A stretch of DNA of 64,000 bases, taken from Promethearchaeota archaeon (lineage in GTDB: Archaea; Asgardarchaeota; Lokiarchaeia; Sigyniarchaeales; SOKP01). Under the pieces are notes generated by a model. It was not told where the DNA came from. It searched no databases and saw only the letters and a program-made list of their open reading frames with translations. Shown one piece after another: positions 40,114 to 48,905 of this stretch (position 1 is the first letter of the stretch; every line of letters starts with the position of its first letter). A program made the position numbers and the translations under genes. Location of the stretch: positions 116,145 through 180,144 of the forward strand of contig JAUVXW010000002.1 of NCBI GenBank assembly GCA_030603385.1, written 5' to 3'.

Positions 40114-40767
40114 TTATTTTTCGAGCAATACTTTTTTCTTAATGATTTTTCTAAGCATTACTGACAAAGCTGATTTAGATTTCCCCATTTGATTAGCCAA
40201 TTCTTCTAATGAAATTTTTCGTGGAATTTCGAAAAAACCTAAAGAAATTGCTTTGTCAAGTATATTCAATTCATCCAAGGTTAACTTATTTTTATCATCT
40301 TTTATATTATATGGAGAATTTCCAATTCTCAATAATTCAAAATTAATATTTTTTTGTTCAAAGAGAGTTAATAATTGATCTATACGTTCTCTACTTGATA
40401 TTAATCTCCAAAAAGCAAATCCATCCTCTACCCTTATAGGGAAGTCAACAAGGACGCCACACTTAATTATAGCATATAATAGATAAGGATCTTTTGTCTT
40501 TACATTAAATTTAACTCTATTTTCCTCCCTTTCCAAAACACCTAGCTCTATAACAGAAGGATGAATCTTAATATCTTCTATAATTGAATCTATCTTGTAA
40601 TGCATTATCTCAATTGCAGAATTTCCAATAGATTTCTCAAGATCATATGGAAGAAAATGTAAAATTTCCATTTTAATATCAGGGTAATTTTTAAATACTT
40701 CCGAGATCCATATCTGTTCTGGAAACTTAATCTTTACTCTTGCTAAACTTGGTTTGCTTGAATCCAT
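40114..40767 (-). CDS. Bat/HTH_10-family archaeal transcription regulator
   Basis: C-terminal LT...AISLGFFEIPRKISLEELANQMGKSKS motif. Confidence 0.85.
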   Translation of the reverse strand: MDSSKPSLARVKIKFPEQIWISEVFKNYPDIKMEILHFLPYDLEKSIGNSAIEIMHYKIDSIIEDIKIHPSVIELGVLEREENRVKFNVKTKDPYLLYAIIKCGVLVDFPIRVEDGFAFWRLISSRERIDQLLTLFEQKNINFELLRIGNSPYNIKDDKNKLTLDELNILDKAISLGFFEIPRKISLEELANQMGKSKSALSVMLRKIIKKKVLLEK

Positions 40768-40852
40768 CTTTAAATATAAATGTTTTAGATCTTAAAACTT
40801 TTTTTTATACGTAATGATTAATTATTAATAAAAACAAGTAAAATGCAATATT

Positions 40853-41458
40853 ATGATAGAAAGGAAGAATCTGTTACTTGGAATATGTGGAAGTCCAAGA
40901 AGACAAGGGACAGAATACGCCATTAAATACGCTTTAAATTATGCTACTGAAAAATTTGGATTTGAAACAGAATATTGGACTGTAAGAAATAAAGAAATTA
41001 ACTTCTGTCTTCATTGTGATTATTGTGTTCGAGAGAAGAAAGGATGTGTAAATAAAGATGATATGGAAAACCTTTATCCTAAATTGGAACAGGCAAAATT
41101 CTTTCTTTTTGGGACTCCAGTATTTCAAGGGAGCTTATCAGGACAACTAAAAACGGTCTTAGATCGTAATCGTGCCTTGGTTGCGAAGAATGCTAATATA
41201 TTCAAAGATAAGATTGGAGCTGCGTTAGCAGTAGGGGGTGATAGATCTGGTGGTCAAGAAATTGCTATTCGGAGTATTTTAGATTTTTTTCAACAGAATC
41301 ATATACATCCTGTTTCTGGGGGTGCCTTTGGAGCAAATTTAGGAGCAAGTTTGTGGTCTAGAGATTTAGGAAAGGATGGCGTTGAAAAAGATGTAGAAGG
41401 ATTAAAAACAATCAGAAAAGTTATAAAAAGATTAGCTGAACTAAAAAAAAATATATAG
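40853..41458 (+). CDS. Iron-sulfur flavoprotein (Isf)/flavodoxin family
   Basis: GSPRRQGT, CLHCDYC-x5-C..DDM, GTPVF, GGDRSGGQE. Confidence 0.9.
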   Translation: MIERKNLLLGICGSPRRQGTEYAIKYALNYATEKFGFETEYWTVRNKEINFCLHCDYCVREKKGCVNKDDMENLYPKLEQAKFFLFGTPVFQGSLSGQLKTVLDRNRALVAKNANIFKDKIGAALAVGGDRSGGQEIAIRSILDFFQQNHIHPVSGGAFGANLGASLWSRDLGKDGVEKDVEGLKTIRKVIKRLAELKKNI

Positions 41459-41466
41459 AAAAAAAA

Positions 41467-41763
41467 TTACTTAACGTCAAATAATTTCTTCGCTTGCTTT
41501 ATTCTGAGGCCATTTATGCCCCATAATTCCTTAAACCAGTATTTTCCCTTATGTAAAATGGCTGGAGTATTCACAATACATCCATCTGCATCACAGAATG
41601 TCCCCAGAAAATTTTTATCTTGTAATAATTCATGAACAAACTCCTCATCGTCAATATCTCTTTCAATATATTTAACATCATTCTCTTTCATCCACCCTTT
41701 GAGTTCAATACATCTGTGACAATCCTCTTTTGTAATAATAATGGGAATATTTGCTTTAGACAT
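41467..41763 (-). CDS. Glutaredoxin-like protein
   Basis: TKEDCHRC active site, cis-Pro NTP, extra CDADGC. Confidence 0.8.
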   Translation of the reverse strand: MSKANIPIIITKEDCHRCIELKGWMKENDVKYIERDIDDEEFVHELLQDKNFLGTFCDADGCIVNTPAILHKGKYWFKELWGINGLRIKQAKKLFDVK

Positions 41764-41977
41764 AATTAAAAGATGAAAAATAAGTTTATAAAATTTTCAT
41801 CTATAAGTTGTAATAAGAAACATAATGAATACTATGCATTTCAAGAAAATAAAAAAAAAAATTAATAATTAATAAACTCATTTTAATTTCATTTAGTTTT
41901 AAATTTTCATTCTAAGGATTCTTAATAAAATATTAACATTAGATTATTATTAGTTAAGATTCTTTTAATGAGTAAGG

Positions 41978-42298
41978 TTGATTATAATGTCAGTAGAAAA
42001 ATTATTTGAGAAACATGCAAAAAAAATCAATGGAGAAAAAGGTGTTAATGATAACATTCTCGTTTTCACTTTATCAACCTGTATGTGGTGTAAAAAATGC
42101 AAAAGTTTCTTGAATGACCGGAATATGACATATAGATATATTGAAGTTGATAAAATCGAACTACAAGATAAATCGAAAATTCTTGATTATTTAAAAAGTA
42201 CATATCAAGAGAGAATATCCTATCCTTTTCTTGTTTGTGAAAAAGGTTATGTAGCTGGATATAATCCAAATAAATATGTGGAATTATTAGAAAATTGA
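41978..42298 (+). CDS. Glutaredoxin
   Basis: TLSTCMWC, ISYP, AGY. Confidence 0.88.
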   Translation: MIIMSVEKLFEKHAKKINGEKGVNDNILVFTLSTCMWCKKCKSFLNDRNMTYRYIEVDKIELQDKSKILDYLKSTYQERISYPFLVCEKGYVAGYNPNKYVELLEN

Positions 42299-42305
42299 GG
42301 GGATT

Positions 42306-42677
42306 ATGGTGGATATGGAAACAAAAGAAGGAATGAAAAAATATGTGAAACTAGTAGCAGACACAAATATTTGGATTTTAAATAAAGATCAACAAATTTT
42401 TTATGATTTAATAGAGGGATTGGTTGATAACAAGAAATCGTATGGATATCAATCATGCCCATGTCGACTTGCAAGTGGTAAGAGAGATTTAGATCGAGAT
42501 CTTATTTGCCCATGTGATTATGCCCCCCCTGATATAAAACAATATGGCGCATGCTATTGTAATCTATATTTAAGCTCTGATTTCTATGAAAAAAATGTCG
42601 ATTTTATCGTAGTTCCAGAACGGCGACCTATTGATAAAGAAAATGCAGTGCTGGAATATATTAACAATGATAAGTAA
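42306..42677 (+). CDS. Ferredoxin:thioredoxin/glutaredoxin reductase catalytic subunit
   Basis: CPCR...ICPC...GACYC motifs; VPERRP; directly downstream of grx. Confidence 0.92.
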   Translation: MVDMETKEGMKKYVKLVADTNIWILNKDQQIFYDLIEGLVDNKKSYGYQSCPCRLASGKRDLDRDLICPCDYAPPDIKQYGACYCNLYLSSDFYEKNVDFIVVPERRPIDKENAVLEYINNDK

Positions 42678-42781
42678 ATTAGTTCGGATATATCAATTCT
42701 TTTTTTCTTTAAAATGTAGAATCAGAATATCAATATTTCATAATCTATATTTTTAAATATTGCACTTCCTCTTTGTTAAAT

Positions 42782-42940
42782 ATGCCAGATAATGAAATAA
42801 CTGATGATGAGTTAGAGAAGGAACTCGATAAATCATTTAAAGAAAATGAAGCCAAACGAGACAACTGTGGAGTTCCAATATCTAGTAATAAAGAGGTTGG
42901 AATTCAAAGAACAGATGTCAAACTAAAAAAAGATAAATAA
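42782..42940 (+). CDS. Small charged hypothetical protein (52 aa)
   Basis: MPDNEITDDELEKELDKSFKENEAKRDNCGVPISSNKEVGIQRTDVKLKKDK*; TATA-like TTTTAAATA ~25-30 nt upstream (leaderless). Confidence 0.55.
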   Translation: MPDNEITDDELEKELDKSFKENEAKRDNCGVPISSNKEVGIQRTDVKLKKDK

Positions 42941-42993
42941 GTTTAATTAACAAAAAATATTTTTTATTCTTTCTTACTATGAATATATTTATT

Positions 42994-44646
42994 TCAGTTC
43001 AATTCTGGAATCAATATAACAAAATTACTACCTTGTTCATAATCATCTTTAATACGATTTTCAACCCAAATTTTCCCATTGTAGCTTTTGATAATTTTTT
43101 TCACAAGAGATAAGCCAATACCCATCCCTCTAACTTTCTTATCTCTTTTATAGCCTTTTTGAAATACTGATTCTTTATTTTCATCAAATATTCCAATACC
43201 GTTATCCATAAATTCTAATTTAATGAATTTATTTTTGTTAATTTCTTCTCTAAAGATATTAATTTGAATTTCTATAGTCTCATTCTTATTATATTTAATT
43301 GCATTATGTAGGATGTTTTCGAATACATCTAATAAAAATTCATTTGCCATAACAATGATCGCTTCACCTGTTTTATTGATTTTAATATCCAGTTTCTTTC
43401 CTCGTGAACTTCTATCTGCAAAAATAATTGCTTCATCTAAGGATTTATAAAGATTAACTTTCTTTAAGTTAATTTCTGTTTCTTGAATTTTTGAAAGTTT
43501 ATACACATTATCAATTAATTTTACACCCCGATTAATTTGATTGTCTATGATTTGAAAAAGGTCTTCAAGTTTATCTAAATCTTTTGAGCTTTCTCTTAAA
43601 ATTGAGATTAATTCGGCTGATGACAGTATATTATGAAAGATGTTATTCATGTCATGTGTAAAAATATCTTTATAAAATTCAGCTCTTTCAAAGGCATCAC
43701 GATATTTTTTCTCTGATTTACGTAATTCCTGTTCAGCATGTTGATGCTCAGTTATATCTTTAAAACTCCATACTCGCCCCACATTTCTCCCGTCATGGAA
43801 TAATGGACAAGAATATTGTTCAAAAATTCTCCCATCCTTAAAAAAAATCATGTCATAAGCGTCTTCTGATGTTTTCCTGAGATTATACATTTTTAATAAA
43901 AAATTTGAAGGTTCTTTTAGTTGATCGATAATATATTCTAATAACTTCTTAAAATCCGTTTGTTCAGCGATGTTGTCTGGTATTCGCCACATATAGATGA
44001 ATCTAGCGTTCATGTTGGTTATTATATCATCGTCATTTATCGCTAATATCCCATCAGCTGTTGCTTCAAACGTGGCCCTCAATAATTCTTTGCTTTCTCG
44101 TACCTCGTTTTCTGCAGTTAAACGCTCAATTGCGTCGCCTAAAATTTGTGAAAAAATTCGTAAAATAGCAAAATCTTTACCTTTCCACTGAGTTTTCTCC
44201 ACAACTTTACTAAAACATACATATCCTGCAATTTTTGTTTTAACATAAATGGGAAAAGCTAGAAATGATTTTATATCCTGAATTTGCATAAATTCTCTTA
44301 CCGATTTAGCGCTCTCTGGTAAGGAGGAAACATCTCTTATATTAACAAAACTTATTTTTTCAACTTGTTCTTTCCACCAAGAGATTTTACTGGCATCAAC
44401 TTTTTGTAAATTTTTCAATTGAGAAGAAATCCCATCAGCACACCATTCATTAGTATTATCTATGAATCTTTTATCACCATTAAAAAGAAAGAGTGAAACA
44501 CGATTAGCTTGGGATAAAAGTCCCAAATCTTGAAAAGATGAATTAATGACATCATCAAGATTTATATTACCTACAAATCGAGAAGAAATTGATGATATAA
44601 CTTTTTCAAAATTCAGTCTGCTTTCTAACGACACTTTATTCTCCAC
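42994..44646 (-). CDS. GAF-PAS sensor histidine kinase
   Basis: GAF (NTNEWCADG), PAS (ATADGIL), H-box THDMNN, N-box NILHNAIKY, DNGIG, GMGIGL. Confidence 0.9.
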   Translation of the reverse strand: MENKVSLESRLNFEKVISSISSRFVGNINLDDVINSSFQDLGLLSQANRVSLFLFNGDKRFIDNTNEWCADGISSQLKNLQKVDASKISWWKEQVEKISFVNIRDVSSLPESAKSVREFMQIQDIKSFLAFPIYVKTKIAGYVCFSKVVEKTQWKGKDFAILRIFSQILGDAIERLTAENEVRESKELLRATFEATADGILAINDDDIITNMNARFIYMWRIPDNIAEQTDFKKLLEYIIDQLKEPSNFLLKMYNLRKTSEDAYDMIFFKDGRIFEQYSCPLFHDGRNVGRVWSFKDITEHQHAEQELRKSEKKYRDAFERAEFYKDIFTHDMNNIFHNILSSAELISILRESSKDLDKLEDLFQIIDNQINRGVKLIDNVYKLSKIQETEINLKKVNLYKSLDEAIIFADRSSRGKKLDIKINKTGEAIIVMANEFLLDVFENILHNAIKYNKNETIEIQINIFREEINKNKFIKLEFMDNGIGIFDENKESVFQKGYKRDKKVRGMGIGLSLVKKIIKSYNGKIWVENRIKDDYEQGSNFVILIPELN

Positions 44647-45024
44647 TGCTAATGAGTAATCTACTGTCTTAGTAATAAGGGAGTAGCTATTTAATACCTA
44701 AGATTTATCTGATAACTCTTATTCTGAAAATATGATAGACTAAATAAATTTAAATCTATGTAAAGAGATAAAGTCTTATTATAGCCGATATTTTAAAGAA
44801 ATTTAATTTTATTTGAATATTTTTATGATTTGGTTTAAGAAGATGAAAATTAAATCTACATACATAAAAGGTTCTAAATTTTCATTTTTGAATTATTAAT
44901 ATATTTTGTATAATTCTTTTTTTAAATGAAAAATTAATAGTTTCTTTTATATTTTAAACAGAAAATTATTTTAAGTTCTAATTCAGATATTCATAATAGA
45001 ATGATTTAAGAAGGTGGTTTTTTA

Positions 45025-45717
45025 ATGTTCTCTGAAAACGAACTTAATAATATTAAAAGAGAAATGAGTAAACTAAAAAATACAGTAGTCTTAAAGTTGT
45101 TTACTGATTTCAAAACTCAAAAAGATGGAAGTAAATTAAGAAAGTGTATGTCTTGTGAGGGAACATATGAATTATTAGAAACATTAGTAGAATTCTCTAA
45201 TGGGAAATTGAAAGTTGAAGAAATATCAACCGAAGAAAATGAGGAAGAAGCAGAAAAATACAAGGTTTCCAGGATTCCTGCCATTCTATTTGTTGATGAA
45301 AATGACAAGGAAATTATTCGATATCTTGCACATCCAACTGGATCTGAATTTGTACCTTTTCTTAATAGTATACAATATTTTTCAGGAGTAAGGCCCTATT
45401 ATGCGGATCAAATTATTACTCATCTTAAAAAGATAAAAAAGTCAAATATGAAAATCTTTATTACTCCAACGTGTCCATATTGTCCTGCAACTGTGCCTGT
45501 CCTCACTCTATTTTCTATAGTCTCTAAAGGGAAGATTTCCTCAGAAGTAATTGATGTTAATTTAAATCCAGATATGGGTAAGAAATACCAAGTTCAAGGT
45601 GTTCCAATGACAGTTATAAATGAGAAAGATGTTATCCATGGAATGTTTACACCTCAAGATTTGCTAGATAAACTAGTTGGTTCGAAAGGAAGAGATTTTG
45701 GAGGAATGTACGCGTAA
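45025..45717 (+). CDS. Protein disulfide oxidoreductase (PDO, two Trx folds), paralog 1
   Basis: CMSC and CPYC sites; RIP and GVP cis-Pro motifs. Confidence 0.88.
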   Translation: MFSENELNNIKREMSKLKNTVVLKLFTDFKTQKDGSKLRKCMSCEGTYELLETLVEFSNGKLKVEEISTEENEEEAEKYKVSRIPAILFVDENDKEIIRYLAHPTGSEFVPFLNSIQYFSGVRPYYADQIITHLKKIKKSNMKIFITPTCPYCPATVPVLTLFSIVSKGKISSEVIDVNLNPDMGKKYQVQGVPMTVINEKDVIHGMFTPQDLLDKLVGSKGRDFGGMYA

Positions 45718-45740
45718 TTTACTCGAGGTGAATTGAAAAA

Positions 45741-46424
45741 ATGTCTCAAGATGATAGATATAAAGCAATAATTAAAGCAGAAATGGCTAAGTTAAAAAAG
45801 CCAGTAAAGTTGAGAGTATTCACATGTAAAGAAAAACTCCCAAATGGGAGTCAAATAAGAGAATGCATGGATTGTGGGCAGTTTATGGCATTATTACGAG
45901 TCTATGAAGAAAATTCTAATGGGATGTTAACAATTGAGGAATTGTGTATTGATGAAAATCCTGAATTTGCTAAAAAGTATGATATTACACGAGTTCCTAC
46001 AATTTTATTTATCGATGATCAAGGAAGAGAAATTATTCGTTACTTAGCGGCTCCACAGGGAGCTGAAATACAACCGTTTGTTCAAGCTATATTTGCTTTT
46101 GCGGGGGCACCCAATTATTATGGTGCGACGATAAGACAGAATTTAGACCGTATCGAGCCATCCACAATAAAAGTAATGATAACGGAAACATGCCCATACT
46201 GTCCACAAGTTGCACAAATCGTGAACAACTTTGCTATTGCTTCTGGAGGAAAAATTAGATCAATAATTATCGATATTATGGCAAATCCCGATATTGGTCA
46301 GTATTATGATGCTGCAGGTGTTCCGTACACAATAATCAATGATAAAAAAACGCTTGTAGGGATGGTTGGAGCTCCTGAAATATTAAGAGCCTTGATAGGA
46401 GGGAATATTCGTGTTCAATATTGA
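45741..46424 (+). CDS. Protein disulfide oxidoreductase (PDO), paralog 2
   Basis: CMDC and CPYC sites; RVP and GVP motifs; GAGGTGA SD. Confidence 0.88.
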   Translation: MSQDDRYKAIIKAEMAKLKKPVKLRVFTCKEKLPNGSQIRECMDCGQFMALLRVYEENSNGMLTIEELCIDENPEFAKKYDITRVPTILFIDDQGREIIRYLAAPQGAEIQPFVQAIFAFAGAPNYYGATIRQNLDRIEPSTIKVMITETCPYCPQVAQIVNNFAIASGGKIRSIIIDIMANPDIGQYYDAAGVPYTIINDKKTLVGMVGAPEILRALIGGNIRVQY

Positions 46425-46425
46425 T

Positions 46426-47355
46426 ATGGAAAACATTGATTTAGAAAAAACCTATGATCTCATCGTTTTAGGAGGGGGTCCTACGGCAATAGGTTGCGCT
46501 ATTTATGCCGCGAGATTTGCTATGGATGCACTGGTTATTGGTAAAACTTTCGGAGGTTTAATTGCTACAACGCATATTGTTGAAAACTATCCTGCTATTA
46601 CCTCGATTAGTGGTCAAGGGCTTATGGAGATGTTCAGAGAACATATGAACTCACTTAATATTCCCTACATATCAGATGAGATACGGAGTATTAACAAAGT
46701 AGATGATCACTTTGAGCTCAACTCTTTCTTTCAAAAATTTAAGGCCTCTTCAATTTGTATTGCGACAGGTTCAGAAAGGAAAAAGCTTGGAGTCCCTGGA
46801 GAGGAAGACTTTGCTGGAAGAGGTGTATCTTATTGTGCTACATGCGATGGACCCTTTTACAAGGATAAAATTGTCAGTGTTATTGGTGGAAGTGATTCCG
46901 CTGCCAAGGAAGCATTATTTTTAGCTGAAAATGTTAAAAAGGTTTATATTATTTATCGTGGTGAAGAAATACGAGCAGAACCCATTAATAAGCAAAGAGT
47001 CTATGAGAATGATAAAATTGAAATTATTTATAAAACAAATATCGTCGAAATTAAAGGAGATAATACAGTAAAATCTGTTGTTTTTGATAATGGAAAAGAG
47101 TTTGAGGTTGATGGGGTTTTTATAGAAATAGGTTCTATACCAAAATCAGATCTGGCAAAGAGAATTGGAGTAAAGACAAATGAGAAGGGTGAAATCATTA
47201 TTAATCGCAAATCCGAAACAAATATCCCCGGTATTTTTGCTGCTGGAGATGTTGCTGATGCTCCTTTTAAACAAGCAATTACAGGAGTGTCTGAAGGAGT
47301 AATTGCTGCTTATTCTGCTTTTGATTATGTCAAAGAAGTGAATATTGAATACTAA
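46426..47355 (+). CDS. trxB: Thioredoxin-disulfide reductase
   Basis: GGGP, VENYP, GVSYCATCDG, GGSDSA, IYRG, AAGD; likely ATG at 46426. Confidence 0.95.
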   Translation: MENIDLEKTYDLIVLGGGPTAIGCAIYAARFAMDALVIGKTFGGLIATTHIVENYPAITSISGQGLMEMFREHMNSLNIPYISDEIRSINKVDDHFELNSFFQKFKASSICIATGSERKKLGVPGEEDFAGRGVSYCATCDGPFYKDKIVSVIGGSDSAAKEALFLAENVKKVYIIYRGEEIRAEPINKQRVYENDKIEIIYKTNIVEIKGDNTVKSVVFDNGKEFEVDGVFIEIGSIPKSDLAKRIGVKTNEKGEIIINRKSETNIPGIFAAGDVADAPFKQAITGVSEGVIAAYSAFDYVKEVNIEY

Positions 47356-47427
47356 CTACTAAAAAAAATTCTTATTTCAAAATCATTTCCATAAACTAAA
47401 TTAAAAAATAGAAAAAAGAAAAAAGGT

Positions 47428-47751
47428 TTATTCAATTTTTACATCTATACTATGATACTCGGGCTCTTTAAAAGGTACATCAATCTTTAGAAGACCTTGT
47501 TTATAAGTTGCTTTAGCTTCTTCTGGTTTTACAGGGCAACAAATAGAATAGGATCCGATATAAATAGTATCTTCAGTTTCTCCTTTTATAAAGAAACTAT
47601 CGTCATGCATTTTAAGTTTAATAGCGTCTTTCTCTACTCCAGGTAGCTGTATTTCGATTTTATAGGTTTCATTATCATCATCAGCCCAAGAACATACTTC
47701 GGGGGAGGTTAAAAACTTATCTTCTTCTTTAACTTCTTGCATATTTTTCAC
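47428..47751 (-). CDS. Small heat-shock protein (Hsp20/alpha-crystallin)
   Basis: LPGVEKDAI, AKATYKQGLLKIDVP. Confidence 0.88.
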   Translation of the reverse strand: MKNMQEVKEEDKFLTSPEVCSWADDDNETYKIEIQLPGVEKDAIKLKMHDDSFFIKGETEDTIYIGSYSICCPVKPEEAKATYKQGLLKIDVPFKEPEYHSIDVKIE

Positions 47752-47927
47752 TTAAAAATTTTATATTATATTTTGATATCTTATTAGTTCCATCCAAAAT
47801 ACTTGATTTAAAGGTTCTCTCTATAAACTATCAAAGAAAAAAACAAATCTCACTTAAAGATTAAAATGAAAACTGATTTTGTTTTTAAATTATAAAATGT
47901 CTAAAATATTCGAAGAATGAGATATTC

Positions 47928-48854
47928 TTATTGAGGTTTCAGCAAAAGCGAACCTGTTGATAATATTTCTAAAATTATCTCCCAATAATCTTCTATTTCC
48001 CAATCCTGGTTATTTTTTATCTTTTCAGAGATTTCCTTCAATATTTCCCTTATTTTAAGTGAATCGAAATAAGTTATATTGGGAGCGATTATAGATAGCA
48101 TATATTGCTTTTCTCCGTATCTTTCATTTTTATCCGGAAACGCATCAAAAAATACATATCCCTTTTTTTTTATATTTTCAATGTTTAAAAGGATTCCCTG
48201 AGCTTGCGTAATCTTATCCTGTCCATAAATAGACGTTGCGGCATGGAATAGCTGTTTACCTATATTATTAATTGAAATATGACATGTCCCCTCAGGGGGA
48301 TGACTATTCTTTAACATTGGTCCTAAAATATCATCCCAGAATACTACTAATAGACAAAAGGGTAACGTATCGTCTTCAGAAATAGATGGTTGCATTTCTA
48401 TTTGAAAGGAGGTTAGTAATTCCTTAACTTTATTATCAAGGAGATTTGATTTTCGATTTCGAGCTATTTTCCCAGAGATTGACGCAATTAGATCTTCCTC
48501 GTTAAATGGTTTAGTAATATAATCGTCAACCCCTAACATTTTACCCAATCGAATATCTTCAGGAGTAGATTTTGCTGTCAGAAATAAAAAGGGTATATGA
48601 TTCCATTGAGAATGAGTAGAAACAGCAGCAAAGAACTCATAACCGTTCATATTCGGCATCATTATGTCCGAGATGATGACAGAAGGAATGGCATCAAGAG
48701 TGGAGAGCGTTTTAAGTGCTTTATCTCCATTGATGGAAGTTATGACGTCATAACCCTTTTCTTCGAGTAAGATTTTTAGATTAAATAGAATGTCCTTATT
48801 ATCATCAACAACCATTAATAACGGTTTGGAATCTGGCATCTTAGAATTCCCCAC
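47928..48854 (-). CDS. Response regulator receiver fused to a uDENN/longin-like (FLCN/SMCR8/NPRL2-type) domain
   Basis: REC: VVDD, SDIMMP, LTAK, TKPF. C-terminal: VVFWDDILGP and FPDKNERYGEKQYMLSII. The REC call is secure; the longin call is by eye. Confidence 0.8.
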   Translation of the reverse strand: MGNSKMPDSKPLLMVVDDNKDILFNLKILLEEKGYDVITSINGDKALKTLSTLDAIPSVIISDIMMPNMNGYEFFAAVSTHSQWNHIPFLFLTAKSTPEDIRLGKMLGVDDYITKPFNEEDLIASISGKIARNRKSNLLDNKVKELLTSFQIEMQPSISEDDTLPFCLLVVFWDDILGPMLKNSHPPEGTCHISINNIGKQLFHAATSIYGQDKITQAQGILLNIENIKKKGYVFFDAFPDKNERYGEKQYMLSIIAPNITYFDSLKIREILKEISEKIKNNQDWEIEDYWEIILEILSTGSLLLKPQ

Positions 48855-48905
48855 TAGTTTAGCAAGAATAATATTAATACTTTTAATATATATAGTTTTT
48901 CAATA

